In this document: piece by piece, positions 31,755-43,409 of the stretch | How the letters are laid out: every line of letters starts with the position of its first letter | How positions within the stretch are numbered: the stretch's first letter is position 1 | Assembly: GCA_041697335.1 (NCBI GenBank) | Contig: JBGUGD010000010.1 | Location: 1 to 64,000, forward strand | Length of the DNA: 64,000 nt | Direction: 5' to 3' | From: Vampirovibrionaceae bacterium NZW_1234 | GTDB taxonomy: Bacteria; Cyanobacteriota; Vampirovibrionia; Vampirovibrionales; JAGQHJ01 | The notes under the pieces: generated by a model | Told to the model about the DNA's origin: nothing | Seen by the model: the letters and a program-made list of their open reading frames with translations, nothing else | Databases searched by the model: none | Translations under genes and position numbers: made by a program

Positions 31755-33077
31755 GTGGTGGAGACGAAGACATTGCATACCCAGGACAAACTGGTGATTC
31801 AAGGATGCCAATCCTTAAAGGGCACAGTCACGATTTCGGGTGCCAAGAATTCTGTGTTAAAGCTGATGGGGGCGGCCCTGCTCACGGAACATCCCGTAGA
31901 GCTGCGCAATGTACCCCAACTCAGTGATGTACGGGTGATGACCGAAGTGCTTCGCCATTTGGGTGCCAAAGTTACCCACCAGGGCGATGTGATGGTCATT
32001 GAGGCCAAAGATGTCACCAATACCGAAGCGTCCTATGAGTTGGTCAGTAAAATGCGGGCCAGCTTTATCGTCTTGGGGGCTTTGTTAGGCCGTTTCCATG
32101 AAGCACGGGTTTCGTTGCCGGGCGGATGCTCTATTGGCAAGCGCGGCGTGGATTTGCATATCAAAGGCTTGCAAGCCCTCGGGGCTCAGATTGTGATTAA
32201 CCAGGGCTATGTGGAAGCCACGGCCAGTCGCCTGGAAGGCCGTGAAATCCTGCTCGATACCCCCAGTGTCGGGGCGACTGAAAACATTATGCTGGCGGCT
32301 GTCTTAGCCGAAGGCGCCACGATTATTTCCAATGCGGCCCAGGAACCCGAAATTGCCGATTTGGCCAATTTCCTCAACACCATGGGAGCCGATGTGTCCG
32401 GGGCCGGAACCACGGAAATTATTATCAACGGGGTTCCCAAGTCCTCCCTCACCGGTACCTCCTACAATGTGGTCCCCGATCGGATTGAAGCGGCCACCTA
32501 CATGATTGCGGCGGCTGGAACCCAAGGCAACGTGGTGTTGGAGAACGTGATTCCCGGTCATTTGAATTCCGTCATTCGCAAGTTGGAAGATGTGGGTGCC
32601 CAGGTCATTACCGAAGGTCCCAATACCTTGCGGGTCATTGGCACCGGCAAGATGGAAGCCCAGAATATTGTGACTCAGCCGTATCCCGGCTTTCCAACGG
32701 ATTTGCAGGCCCCGTTTATGTCTCTTCTCACCATTGCCGAGGGCGTCAGCATTATTACCGAAACCTTGTATGAGAACCGCTTTAAGCAAGTGGGCGAACT
32801 CAACCGCATGGGCGCCAACATCCAGTGCCAGAATGAGATTGCCGTGGTTACCGGGGTGCCTCACCTCACCGGAGCCCAAGTCAAGGCCAGCGATTTGCGG
32901 GCCGGTGCCGCTCTGGTTATTGCCGGTCTTCAGGCTCAGGGAACGACGGAAATTACCGACTTACAGCACATTGATCGGGGCTACGAGGCTCTGGTTGAAA
33001 AGCTGACCGGGCTGGGAGCACAAATCCAGCGGGTTCCCGTGGACGAATCCGAATTACCGCTGTCCTTGGAAGGCTAA
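31755..33077 (+). CDS. murA: UDP-N-acetylglucosamine 1-carboxyvinyltransferase
   Basis: [47 protein letters not shown]. Confidence 0.97.
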   Translation: MVETKTLHTQDKLVIQGCQSLKGTVTISGAKNSVLKLMGAALLTEHPVELRNVPQLSDVRVMTEVLRHLGAKVTHQGDVMVIEAKDVTNTEASYELVSKMRASFIVLGALLGRFHEARVSLPGGCSIGKRGVDLHIKGLQALGAQIVINQGYVEATASRLEGREILLDTPSVGATENIMLAAVLAEGATIISNAAQEPEIADLANFLNTMGADVSGAGTTEIIINGVPKSSLTGTSYNVVPDRIEAATYMIAAAGTQGNVVLENVIPGHLNSVIRKLEDVGAQVITEGPNTLRVIGTGKMEAQNIVTQPYPGFPTDLQAPFMSLLTIAEGVSIITETLYENRFKQVGELNRMGANIQCQNEIAVVTGVPHLTGAQVKASDLRAGAALVIAGLQAQGTTEITDLQHIDRGYEALVEKLTGLGAQIQRVPVDESELPLSLEG

Positions 33078-33116
33078 GCCCTCGAACATTGTGTCAACTG
33101 TTAGAATGGACGTTCT

Positions 33117-33482
33117 ATGAGTTCTGAGCAAGACAACCCCAAATATAAACGCTGGTACGATCATGACCCGCTTCTGGTCGAGGTCCTTGAGACCTTGCGC
33201 TCGTTTCAGGATGAGTTGCGGGCTCAATCCCAAGTCTTTATCGATAAGATTACCGCTGAGGTGGGTGCTGAGGCCGTCGAAAAGTTTTACAAAGCGATTC
33301 TCGAGCAGCAAAAAGACCATTTTGGCCGTCGTTGGTATGATCAAGATCCGGTGGTTTCCAAGGCTGTGGAGTTGCTCCGGGTGGTGCCACCTGAAGCGCA
33401 GCGTAAAGCGGCTGAAAGTTTCTTAAACGGGTTGAAATCCCAAGGGGTTTCCATTCCCATCGAGCGCAATCCGGCCTCCTAG
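33117..33482 (+). CDS. Hypothetical protein with duplicated RWYDxDP motif
   Basis: KRWYDHDPLLVEVLETLR and RRWYDQDPVVSKAVELLR. Confidence 0.8.
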   Translation: MSSEQDNPKYKRWYDHDPLLVEVLETLRSFQDELRAQSQVFIDKITAEVGAEAVEKFYKAILEQQKDHFGRRWYDQDPVVSKAVELLRVVPPEAQRKAAESFLNGLKSQGVSIPIERNPAS

Positions 33483-33506
33483 TTAGTATAGGGGCCTTGG
33501 TGTTTC

Positions 33507-33884
33507 TTGGATAATCAGGCGTTGTCGGTCAGGGATGCGTTGCGTCGTGCTGCCCAGCAGTTTAACGAGGCACAGTTCTGGGAATCGCATGAGACTCTGG
33601 AAGAGGTTTGGCAAGTCTCGTCAGATCCTCAAAAACGGTTTTTACAAGGCATTATTCAGGCTGCTGCCGGCTTTGTGCATGTGCAAAAGCACAACCCCAA
33701 GGGGGCCATCAGCTTGTTTACCCAAAGTCTGGAGAAACTCACGGCGGTTGAGGATGTTGCCGACTTTCATGCCTGGATTGACCTGCATGGGTTGATTGAG
33801 GCAGTTCGTCATGCGTTGCATACGGTTCAGGCGCAAGGCACAGGTGGCATAACCCAATTTCCGACATTGATCGTGTATGACTAA
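33507..33884 (+). CDS. DUF309 family protein
   Basis: FN..QFWESHETLEEVW, LQGIIQAAAG..H. Confidence 0.85.
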   Translation: MDNQALSVRDALRRAAQQFNEAQFWESHETLEEVWQVSSDPQKRFLQGIIQAAAGFVHVQKHNPKGAISLFTQSLEKLTAVEDVADFHAWIDLHGLIEAVRHALHTVQAQGTGGITQFPTLIVYD

Positions 33885-33938
33885 ATGTCTTATCATGGGG
33901 CGACCGATTGGGAAGGCGTTTATGGGGAGGCTATCGAG

Positions 33939-34901
33939 ATGACCATGGTTTCACCTGTTGCGGGTCGTCCACTGCTGATTGCTCATCGGGGGGCTCAGGT
34001 TGAGCGAGCTGAGGCTATGGATACCCCGGCAGGACCAGCCTACCGAATTTACCCGGAGAATTCCGTTGCAGCCTTGGTTCGGGCTGCCGAATTGGGCACG
34101 GCCGGGGTGGAACTCGATGTGATTGCCACCCAGGACGGGGTCTTAAAAGTCCATCACGATGATGCCACGGGGCGGGTGTTTCGGATGCCCGATGGGGCAG
34201 AGCGTTTGGTCAAGGATATGACCGCGGCTGAGGCGGATCAGGCTGTCTACCATCCACCGGGAGTGCTTCAGACCATTGCACCGAAACTGGCGGATATTCC
34301 TCAGGCCCAATTGCTCCTGGAGCCTCCTGATCCCGATAATCCACCGGAAGTTCCCCAAAAAGTGCAGATGCCCACGTTGGCGTCGGTCATTGATGCCGTC
34401 TTAAAAGCCAAGCCTGACATGCAGTTTTTTGTGGAACTCAAAACCACCCAGGATCCCCCCTACCCATGTGAGACCAACCAGGCCGAAGAAAGGCTGGTGG
34501 CCTTGGTTCAGCAGAAAAACCTGTTTGACAGGGTGACGGTCATCAGCTTTAATCCCTGGAGTTTGCTGAAACTCAAGCACCTGGAACCCCGCCTGAAGAC
34601 CGGCCTGGATCTGGTGGTTCAGCAATATCAGCCCCATATTGGTCTTCAGGGGCTGATGAGCTGGGCCAAACAAGTACTCCAGGTTGACACTGTTTTGCCG
34701 CCTTACAAGGAAGCGACAGCGGCCTTTGTGAGTGCTGCCAAGGCGGTTGGCCTTAAGGTGATGCCTTGGGTCTGGAAGGAAACCTGTCATCAGGAGCTTG
34801 CCGAAGCCGATCGCCTGTCTGCCCTGGGTGTCGATGGGCTCGTAACCAACGCCCCTCAGCTGATTCAAAGCCACTGGCAATACGGCGCAACGCTCCCCTA
34901 G
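33939..34901 (+). CDS. Glycerophosphodiester phosphodiesterase
   Basis: IAHRG, PENS, ELDV..TQDG..HHD, VELK, ISF, GVDGLVTN; GGGGAGG RBS. Confidence 0.88.
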   Translation: MTMVSPVAGRPLLIAHRGAQVERAEAMDTPAGPAYRIYPENSVAALVRAAELGTAGVELDVIATQDGVLKVHHDDATGRVFRMPDGAERLVKDMTAAEADQAVYHPPGVLQTIAPKLADIPQAQLLLEPPDPDNPPEVPQKVQMPTLASVIDAVLKAKPDMQFFVELKTTQDPPYPCETNQAEERLVALVQQKNLFDRVTVISFNPWSLLKLKHLEPRLKTGLDLVVQQYQPHIGLQGLMSWAKQVLQVDTVLPPYKEATAAFVSAAKAVGLKVMPWVWKETCHQELAEADRLSALGVDGLVTNAPQLIQSHWQYGATLP

Positions 34902-35233
34902 AGGGTGTGGCTTTACGCGGACTAAATTTCCGATCCAAATTATTGTTTTTATAAATAATGATGAAATAATCGACCTGCAAACGCCTTGGCGGTCGGGCTT
35001 TAAAATGATTGTATATATATGGATAATATTTAAGAAATAATTAACAATCCGGCAAAGTGCTCTCCAATAAACTCTTTTGAGACCTAAAACCCTTGCCAAA
35101 AGAGGGGGATAGCCTTCTGAAACGTGTTAAGACAACGTTACAATGGGGCAATTTTTGCCCCCAAACTGTTTTTATTTGTATATACAGAAGAAGGATAGAG
35201 ATAGTAACAACTAGCGTGGAGGACACTTTCACT

Positions 35234-35431
35234 ATGGCAAAAGTCCTGATTTCTATGAAAGAAGAGTTCCTGGATGAAATCGATAAGCTCGCGGACAGCG
35301 AACACCGCTCCCGCAGCGAATTGATTCGTGAAGCATTGCGCTTGTACATGCGTGCTCGCCAAAAATCGTCCATGGACGCCAAACAAGTTTCCAATCAAGC
35401 CAAGCTGATTGAATCCTTGTTGCTGGATTAA
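35234..35431 (+). CDS. Ribbon-helix-helix (CopG-like) regulator
   Basis: GGAGG RBS; MAKVLISMKEEFLDEIDKLA..RSRSELIREALRLY. Confidence 0.88.
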   Translation: MAKVLISMKEEFLDEIDKLADSEHRSRSELIREALRLYMRARQKSSMDAKQVSNQAKLIESLLLD

Positions 35432-35511
35432 TCCAACGTTTACTCCGCTTTTGATCAACGGATCCTGCGGATCCCTCTGCCACGAGGCCTAACGGTGTTG
35501 CCCTGCTTTTG

Positions 35512-36219
35512 TCAGGGGCAGACACATGTGCCTGTTGCTGTGGCTGCGGGGGGTACCGGTGGTGTCTGGAGATTGGGCGACTGAGCGTTAGGAAAAAACG
35601 GCAATGGGAGCCACCCTGAGCCTTTTTGGGCATCCGGGTCGGATGATGGTACACCCAGGTAACTGAATCCATCGGGCAATAGCGTACTTGCCGGATTGGC
35701 TTTTCGATCGAGGACCCGAATCTGGTCTTCGAGCAAATGGATGTCATCATCAATGGCTTTTAATTCTTTTTGCTTTGCGGCAATTCGGTTTTTCAGTGCA
35801 GCGATGTCTTTTTCCGCTTTCTCCTGTTCCGCCTTGGCTTGCGGATCTGGAAAGAAATAGCCACCGACTGCTTTTGAGACCCGGTTTCCGGAGTCGACCA
35901 GTTTGCCAAATGCATTCCCCGCCCCTTCCAAGGCGGGATATTGGTTGTTGAGGGACTGGCCTGTTTGGGCAAGACGTTCACCCGTAGAATACATCAGATT
36001 GTTCAGTCCGGTCGTGTCGGCAACCCATTGACCGGCATCGGCGATGTGTCTGCCCACCTGATTGGTGGCTTGAATCAGACCTTTAATCACTGGGACTTCC
36101 TCGCCAATTACGGTCGGAAACCCGGTGAATTCGTCTAACAGATAACTGGACCAGCATAAGGTCCCTAAGAGCATACTGCCGATAAGCGCAGGTTTAATGA
36201 TTTGACGATAACGTGACAT
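35512..36219 (-). CDS. Membrane-anchored coiled-coil hypothetical protein
   Basis: N-terminal hydrophobic segment, central coiled coil, Pro-rich tail ending CVCP. Confidence 0.7.
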   Translation of the reverse strand: MSRYRQIIKPALIGSMLLGTLCWSSYLLDEFTGFPTVIGEEVPVIKGLIQATNQVGRHIADAGQWVADTTGLNNLMYSTGERLAQTGQSLNNQYPALEGAGNAFGKLVDSGNRVSKAVGGYFFPDPQAKAEQEKAEKDIAALKNRIAAKQKELKAIDDDIHLLEDQIRVLDRKANPASTLLPDGFSYLGVPSSDPDAQKGSGWLPLPFFPNAQSPNLQTPPVPPAATATGTCVCP

Positions 36220-36304
36220 CTCTCTGGGTCATCCGGCTCTGCCATGAGTAATCGTGGTGTTACTATCCTATCATAGGGCCATTGGCTTCACGAGAGCCGA
36301 AACG

Positions 36305-36344
36305 AACAACGGTGCTGTGACACCTTGTCTTCAGCACCGTTGTC
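36305..36344 (-). terminator. Hairpin after atpC
   Basis: ACAACGGTGCTG/CAGCACCGTTGT inverted repeat. Confidence 0.6.
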
Positions 36345-36365
36345 GTAGAAAGATAGCAACGAAAT

Positions 36366-36764
36366 TTAGGGTTTGGTTTGCTTTAACCGAATCCGAGTAA
36401 GTGCCCGGGTCATGGCCAATTTGGCTCGGCCTTCATCCACGGTGCTGTTCAGTTGTCTTAAACGGGCTTCAGCACGTTCCTTGGCCTGTTGAGCTCGGAC
36501 CAAATCGATTTCAGTCGCCAGCTCAGCGGCATCGGCCAACACGGAGACCTCTTTTCCATTGGTTCTCAGGATGCCTCCCATAATGGCAATCTGTTCTTTT
36601 TGGCCTTGTTTGACAAAGCGCAGAACATCAATGGCCAAGGGCGTCACCATGGGAATGTGCCGGGGAAGAATCCCCACATCCCCATCTACGGTCTGGGCGT
36701 AAACCGCCTCGACATCCTCGGTCTCCAGGACCACGCGATCGGGGGTAACAACTTTAAGCTTCAC
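36366..36764 (-). CDS. atpC: ATP synthase F1 epsilon subunit
   Basis: VVTPDR, GILPRH, ADAAE..EID..RAQQAKERAE. Confidence 0.96.
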   Translation of the reverse strand: MKLKVVTPDRVVLETEDVEAVYAQTVDGDVGILPRHIPMVTPLAIDVLRFVKQGQKEQIAIMGGILRTNGKEVSVLADAAELATEIDLVRAQQAKERAEARLRQLNSTVDEGRAKLAMTRALTRIRLKQTKP

Positions 36765-36775
36765 AGAAGGCCTCC

Positions 36776-38320
<1,545 letters not shown>

Positions 38321-38594
38321 TTATGAGGGATAAGCTTCTTTCCTGCGCGCCTTGGGCCTCGGATCTGCATCTCCCCAGCCCATGCGTGGCGAGGGACAAA
38401 TAAGCCACACAGGCATAATCTGAGGAGTTTAACACCATTGTGTCACATCAAACCGTTTCGTCAACGCCATCAAAAAGGCTCCAGGGCCTGGGGTTTTCCA
38501 TAAGGCAGTGTGGCAGACGCTTTCACAGCACTTTTTGTGGTTGTGGTTGTTGGGCACCGCAATGCCCCGGCGCTTATGTGCCTGTTGGGGGTGG

Positions 38595-38635
38595 CTCAGG
38601 CTCCGAGCGCGCACTTTGCGCGCTCGGAGCCTGAG
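38595..38635. repeat. Perfect 19-bp inverted repeat
   Basis: CTCAGGCTCCGAGCGCGCA-CTT-TGCGCGCTCGGAGCCTGAG. Confidence 0.9.
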
Positions 38636-38776
38636 GAGACAGGGGCCTTATGGCACGGGATTCAAATTTCAATAGCAACAAAATCATTAACAAAGTTTTA
38701 ATACATTTACAGGGGACTATCTCATCGTAGTCGCGGGAGACTACGGGGCGGAGGAACGAAGGGGGTATTCGACGAT

Positions 38777-40618
38777 ATGATTCGAGGGGTATCGACAGGG
38801 TATGACAATGAGCAACTTCAACAGGCCTTAGGGGGCCGCTTTCCTCGTGGGACCTTTGTCCCGATGCAAGGGCCCATGGATACCGTTGAGATTGGACAAT
38901 CAGGTCGTCCCAAGCGCAGTTTCAGCTTTATCGGCGCTGCCGTCAACTTTGTGAAAGGCGCGGTGGTCGATACCATTTCCGGGATGTTCAGCATGAAAGG
39001 CCTCTTAACCATGGCCGGATCGGCTGCCTTGATTTGGGCCACCGGCGGCGCGGCATTGATTCCGTTAGCCGCATTGGGGGCCGGTATGGGAGCGTTCCAG
39101 GTTGTGAAGGGATCCTTGAATGCCGCCAGTGCCTTATCCCAAGGGGACGGTGAAGCGGCTGAAAATGCTTTCCGCGGGATTGGTTCCGGGACTTTCACCG
39201 CCGTTGCCAGCTTACTGGGTGCTCGTGCCGCTTATCGTAATGGGGTGGTAAAAACGGGAACCCAGGTCAAGGGTGGTAAAGTGGAACTGGCCAGCGATGT
39301 GGTCAAAGGCGAAGGTTGGTTTGGAGGCTTTAAAGGCACCGTTAAACAGATGTACCGTGATCTCAGTGGCCAGTCCCGAGCCGTCACTACGAATAAAAGT
39401 GGGGCACCCGTATTAGACAATAACAAGAACCTGCTCAATATGGGCTGGGATAGCATGAAGGGCAAGTGGGACAGTCTGACCGGCACCTTCCAGAAAAACG
39501 GATTGCAAGGGGTCAAAGACAATGTCACTCGCATGGTTCGCGGCAAGGATGCGGCTGGAAAAACGAAAGCCAAGCCGGGTGAACAGAAGTTATCCAAAGC
39601 CGAAGAAAGCTTGCAGCAATCTCGTACGGCCTTACAAGAGAAGCGAGCTCGGGTAGCTGAGCAGGTTCAAAAAGAAACGGCCGGGAAAAAATCCGGATCG
39701 ACTACAGAATCGGCAAAAGAGAGCGCAGCCCAGGCTCGCCAAACTGCGGCTCAACGTGCGGTGAAAGAACAGCAACTCAAGGCGGCTCAGGAACGGGCCA
39801 ATACGTTAAACCAGAAATACACCGAAGTACGCGGGAAATTGAAGGTTCTTGAATCCAAACGCCAGGCTTTGGCCGAAAATATTCGGGCCGCCCAGGTCGA
39901 GCGCCAGAACCTGATGGCTCGTCGCAGTGCCGGGGAAAAACTTTCTTCGCAAGATTCTGCCAAGCTCTCTGAATTAAACCGCTTTGTGGCTGAGAAATCC
40001 GGGGAGTTTGCCAAGATGTCCCGTGAGTCGGCCAGTTTGAGTCGTCAACTTTCGGGGGATAAAGCCTCTGGCGGCCAGAAGATCGGCATTAACGAAGATC
40101 TGCGTCAAGCCCGCCAGACCTTGTCTGAGCGTGAAGCGGCCTTGAAACGGTCTGAGCGTTCACCAATAGAGGTTGAGGTGGACAAGCGCCTGGTCAAGGA
40201 CCTGGAAGCTGTGAAAGCTCAAGAGGCGGCTGTCACGAAAATGCGGCTTGAGATGCGTCGCAAGGATCCGACCACGGTCACCTTTAAGCGGGAAATGGCT
40301 GAACTCAACAAGACACGCCTACCGTTGAAAAAAGAAGTTGCTGAGCTACAAGCCAACATCGATAAACTGAAATACAATCTGGATGCCGACTCCCAGTTTG
40401 TCCTTCAGCAAATGAACCAGCAATTGGCTCAGCGTCAAGCCCAGTTGTCGGTCTTGAATGAAAATATGGCCTCCATTGTCAACAATGCCCGGGCATCCTT
40501 TAATCCCAGCATGATGCGCTCAACCCGTTTCTGGCTCAACGGCCAGCTACAAACCGGCGGCATGCAGATCTACTTGACCCGAGCCAACCAGGCCGGTAAT
40601 ACGGATGATGACATGTAG
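38777..40618 (+). CDS. Hypothetical protein: Gly/Ala-rich hydrophobic hairpin plus long coiled coil (translocator/pore-former-like)
   Basis: GLLTMAGSAALIWATGGAALIPLAALGAGMGAF and TFTAVASLLGA segments; about 300 aa of heptad-rich helix; no signal peptide; no Cys. Confidence 0.8.
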   Translation: MIRGVSTGYDNEQLQQALGGRFPRGTFVPMQGPMDTVEIGQSGRPKRSFSFIGAAVNFVKGAVVDTISGMFSMKGLLTMAGSAALIWATGGAALIPLAALGAGMGAFQVVKGSLNAASALSQGDGEAAENAFRGIGSGTFTAVASLLGARAAYRNGVVKTGTQVKGGKVELASDVVKGEGWFGGFKGTVKQMYRDLSGQSRAVTTNKSGAPVLDNNKNLLNMGWDSMKGKWDSLTGTFQKNGLQGVKDNVTRMVRGKDAAGKTKAKPGEQKLSKAEESLQQSRTALQEKRARVAEQVQKETAGKKSGSTTESAKESAAQARQTAAQRAVKEQQLKAAQERANTLNQKYTEVRGKLKVLESKRQALAENIRAAQVERQNLMARRSAGEKLSSQDSAKLSELNRFVAEKSGEFAKMSRESASLSRQLSGDKASGGQKIGINEDLRQARQTLSEREAALKRSERSPIEVEVDKRLVKDLEAVKAQEAAVTKMRLEMRRKDPTTVTFKREMAELNKTRLPLKKEVAELQANIDKLKYNLDADSQFVLQQMNQQLAQRQAQLSVLNENMASIVNNARASFNPSMMRSTRFWLNGQLQTGGMQIYLTRANQAGNTDDDM

Positions 40619-40669
40619 TCAACAGCATTGACACTCGACGTCTAACACTGGTTAGAATTGAGCGTTAGC

Positions 40670-40701
40670 AAAGGGATCTGCCACTTTTGGCAGGTCCCTT
40701 T
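40670..40701. terminator. Bidirectional terminator
   Basis: AAAGGGATCTGCCA/TGGCAGGTCCCTTT between convergent genes. Confidence 0.75.
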
Positions 40702-40708
40702 AGGGGTT

Positions 40709-41311
40709 TTAAAGCGCTGCGGTTTTGCCCAGAGCTTTTTCATAGGCTTCGATTTGAGGCAGGTGGGCTAAGACAAAGGCAATGTCATCCAGGCCTTCCA
40801 ACAAACAGGTCTTACGAAACGCGTTGATTTCAAAGTGATGCTGCTCCTGGTTGGGCAGGGTGACGCACTGTTCTGCCAGGTTTACGGTAATGGTTTGGCT
40901 GGGATCCTGCTCAATGGTCTGGGCCAGGTGCTGAACCACGGCTTCAGGCAAGGCAATGGGCAGGAGAAAGTTCTTGAGCGCATTATTATAAAAAATGTCC
41001 GCAAAGGACACGGCAATAATGGCGCGAAAGCCAAAGTCTTTCAGGGACCAAGGGGCATGTTCGCGAGAGCTGCCACAGCCGAAATTGTGCCCGGCAATCA
41101 GGATCTGGCTGCCTTGGAAGCGGGTGGAGTCGAACAGTGACTCTGCCTTGATCTGGCCTTGATCGTCATAGCGCCAGTCATAAAACAATTTGGCGCCCAG
41201 GCCCGCTTTGGTGGTGCCGGTTAAAAACCGGGCCGGGATAATTTGATCGGTATCAATATCATCTTTTAAAAACGGCAGGGCCGTTGCGGTGAGGGTGGTA
41301 AAGGCGTTCAT
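40709..41311 (-). CDS. leuD: 3-isopropylmalate dehydratase small subunit
   Basis: DIDTDQIIPARFL, NFGCGSSREHAPW, SFADIFYNN. Confidence 0.97.
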   Translation of the reverse strand: MNAFTTLTATALPFLKDDIDTDQIIPARFLTGTTKAGLGAKLFYDWRYDDQGQIKAESLFDSTRFQGSQILIAGHNFGCGSSREHAPWSLKDFGFRAIIAVSFADIFYNNALKNFLLPIALPEAVVQHLAQTIEQDPSQTITVNLAEQCVTLPNQEQHHFEINAFRKTCLLEGLDDIAFVLAHLPQIEAYEKALGKTAAL

Positions 41312-42726
41312 CAGGCATGAGTCTCCCAGGTACGGATATCAACAAGGCGGCCGGAAATGGCGGCGGCCGCTGCCATGGCCGGGCTCACCAGAAACGTGCG
41401 GCTGCCCTTGCCTTGGCGACCTTTGAAATTTCGGTTGCTGGTGCTGGCACAAGCTTGGCCCGGCGCTACAACATCGCCGTTCATGGCAATACACATACTG
41501 CATCCCGGCTCTCGCCATTCGCAGCCGGCATCGAGAAAAATTTGGGACAGACCTTCGGCTTCGGCTTGGCGTTTGATTTCTGCCGAACCGGGTACCACGA
41601 GGGCTCGAACGTGAGAGGCCACTCGTTTGTCCGCAAGGACCTCGGCGGCGGCACGTAAATCCTCCATGCGAGAGTTGGTACAGCTGCCAATAAACACCAC
41701 ATCAATGGGGGTGCCGGCAATGGGATGGCCCGGCTCCAACTTCATGTAGTCCAGAGCGGCCAGAAGCTCTTCCTGTTCTTGCAGGGTGTTGAAATCGTCT
41801 TTTTTGGGCACCATGGCCGAAATCTTCATGGCCATCCCCGGATGGGTCCCATAGGTGACCATCGGTTCGATGTCTTCGGCCTGAAGGATGACCTGGGTGT
41901 CGTATTTTGCCCCGACATCGGTTTTAAGTTCCCGCCAGCGCTGGCAGGCAGTCTCGAAGGCTTCGCCCTGGGGGGCAAAGGGTTTGTCTTTGAGATAGGC
42001 AAAGGTTACTTCATCAGGGGCAACCATGCCAGCCCGGGCACCGGCCTCAATGGACATATTGCACAGTGTCATCCGGCCTTCCATGCTGAGGCTGCGGATG
42101 GCCGAGCCCGTGTATTCAATGACATGGCCCGTGGCGCCACCCACCCCGATTTTGGAGATGATGTACAAGATGACATCTTTTGCAGTCACACCCAAGGGTA
42201 AGGTGCCTTCAACCCGAATTTCCATGGTCTTGGAGGGGGCCTGAAGCAAGCATTGGCTGGCAAGAACCAGCTCCACCTCACTGGTGCCGATACCAAAGGC
42301 CAGGGCCCCAAAGGCTCCGTGGGTCGAAGTATGGCTGTCGCCACAGACCATGGTCATGCCAGGCTGGGTCAGCCCAAGTTCCGGGCCAATAACATGGACA
42401 ATGCCCTGGTGGTTGCTGGCCACGTCAAACAGGGTGATGCCGTGTTTTCGGCAGTTTTCGGCCAGGGTCGCCAACTGGGTCCGAGCGGCTTCGTCCTCAA
42501 TGGGCTTGGAACGATCTGTGGTGGGAATGCTGTGGTCCTCAGTGGCGGTGGTCAAATCCGGCCGACGGACGGGAATCCCCCGAGCGGCAAGGCCGGAAAA
42601 GGCTTGTGGCGAAGTGACTTCATGAATTAAATGGCGATCGATATATACGATGGCCGGGCCGCCTTCGGTTTGGTGAACCACGTGGGCGTCCCAAATTTTT
42701 TCGTATAAGGTTTTTGGCGCACTCAT
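41311..42726 (-). CDS. leuC: 3-isopropylmalate dehydratase large subunit
   Basis: [52 protein letters not shown]. Confidence 0.97.
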   Translation of the reverse strand: MSAPKTLYEKIWDAHVVHQTEGGPAIVYIDRHLIHEVTSPQAFSGLAARGIPVRRPDLTTATEDHSIPTTDRSKPIEDEAARTQLATLAENCRKHGITLFDVASNHQGIVHVIGPELGLTQPGMTMVCGDSHTSTHGAFGALAFGIGTSEVELVLASQCLLQAPSKTMEIRVEGTLPLGVTAKDVILYIISKIGVGGATGHVIEYTGSAIRSLSMEGRMTLCNMSIEAGARAGMVAPDEVTFAYLKDKPFAPQGEAFETACQRWRELKTDVGAKYDTQVILQAEDIEPMVTYGTHPGMAMKISAMVPKKDDFNTLQEQEELLAALDYMKLEPGHPIAGTPIDVVFIGSCTNSRMEDLRAAAEVLADKRVASHVRALVVPGSAEIKRQAEAEGLSQIFLDAGCEWREPGCSMCIAMNGDVVAPGQACASTSNRNFKGRQGKGSRTFLVSPAMAAAAAISGRLVDIRTWETHA

Positions 42727-43238
42727 GGTGGGTTGTCTTTCTGTGTTATCAACGTCAAAAAGGCCATTGGGCCAGAAATTCAATGGTTATACCCCAGTAA
42801 AGAGCAAGGTGCTGATCGCAGCACGACCGGGTTGTTTCTGGCATTGTATCGCAAACCATGGTCTGTGTCCGGCGCGACGTGGAGGCCGGAGCGGGGCTTG
42901 TGACGGTTCAATTCTTAAGATAAGGGGAAAATATTAAGGAAATGTTAATTGTCTGAAACCTTCTGTTTATAGGCTTCTTCAGGTTTTTGCCCAGGTCCGG
43001 TTTAAGGAAAAATTAATAATCTAACACCAAATCTTAAGAAACTGTTTTTATATTAATACAAGGGCTAACGAGGCAAAACGAAAGGACAATAGGGTGGGGC
43101 GAATCGCTTGACAGAATTTTAACAATCCAATCATTTCTGAGTCATTGGCTCCCCTGAGAGCCGTGAGTGGCTGAGAAACCGCATGAAATAGCTTTTTCTT
43201 CCTTCACACACATACACATTCACATTTTCCATTAAATG

Positions 43239-43409
43239 AACTAGCGAGACCCATAAGCAAGGGCACGTCAATTGGAGAGTGCCTTCCCTTAGGGGAAGGT
43301 CCGGTTTTTTTCCTACCTATCTTAACTAACGAGACCCACAAGCGATTACAAGTTACATTGGAGATTGCCTTCCCCGCAAGGGGAAGGACAGATTTACTAA
43401 CCTACATCA
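43239..43409 (+). repeat. Tandem ~85-nt imperfect repeat (2 units) with conserved hairpin; putative structured RNA
   Basis: Units at 43239 and 43324 share AACTAnCGAGACCCAnAAGC, ATTGGAGAnTGCCTTCCC-loop-GGGAAGG and CCTAC; unit 2 loop is GCAA (GNRA). Confidence 0.8.

Noticed and set aside
35234..36219. RHH gene plus neighbour as a type II toxin-antitoxin pair
   Set aside because: The neighbour is convergent, membrane-anchored and unlike any toxin fold
43069..43100. c-di-GMP-I riboswitch-like words GGCAAA/GAAA/GGAC
   Set aside because: No stem around the GAAA and no second hairpin
43157..43190. GAGCCG..GAAA..GCA resembling group II intron domain V
   Set aside because: The pairing strand and domain VI are absent; no RT gene nearby
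43239..43409. CRISPR array or tandem glycine riboswitch
   Set aside because: Only two degenerate units, no cas genes, and the glycine aptamer CCGAAG and CUCAGG motifs are missing
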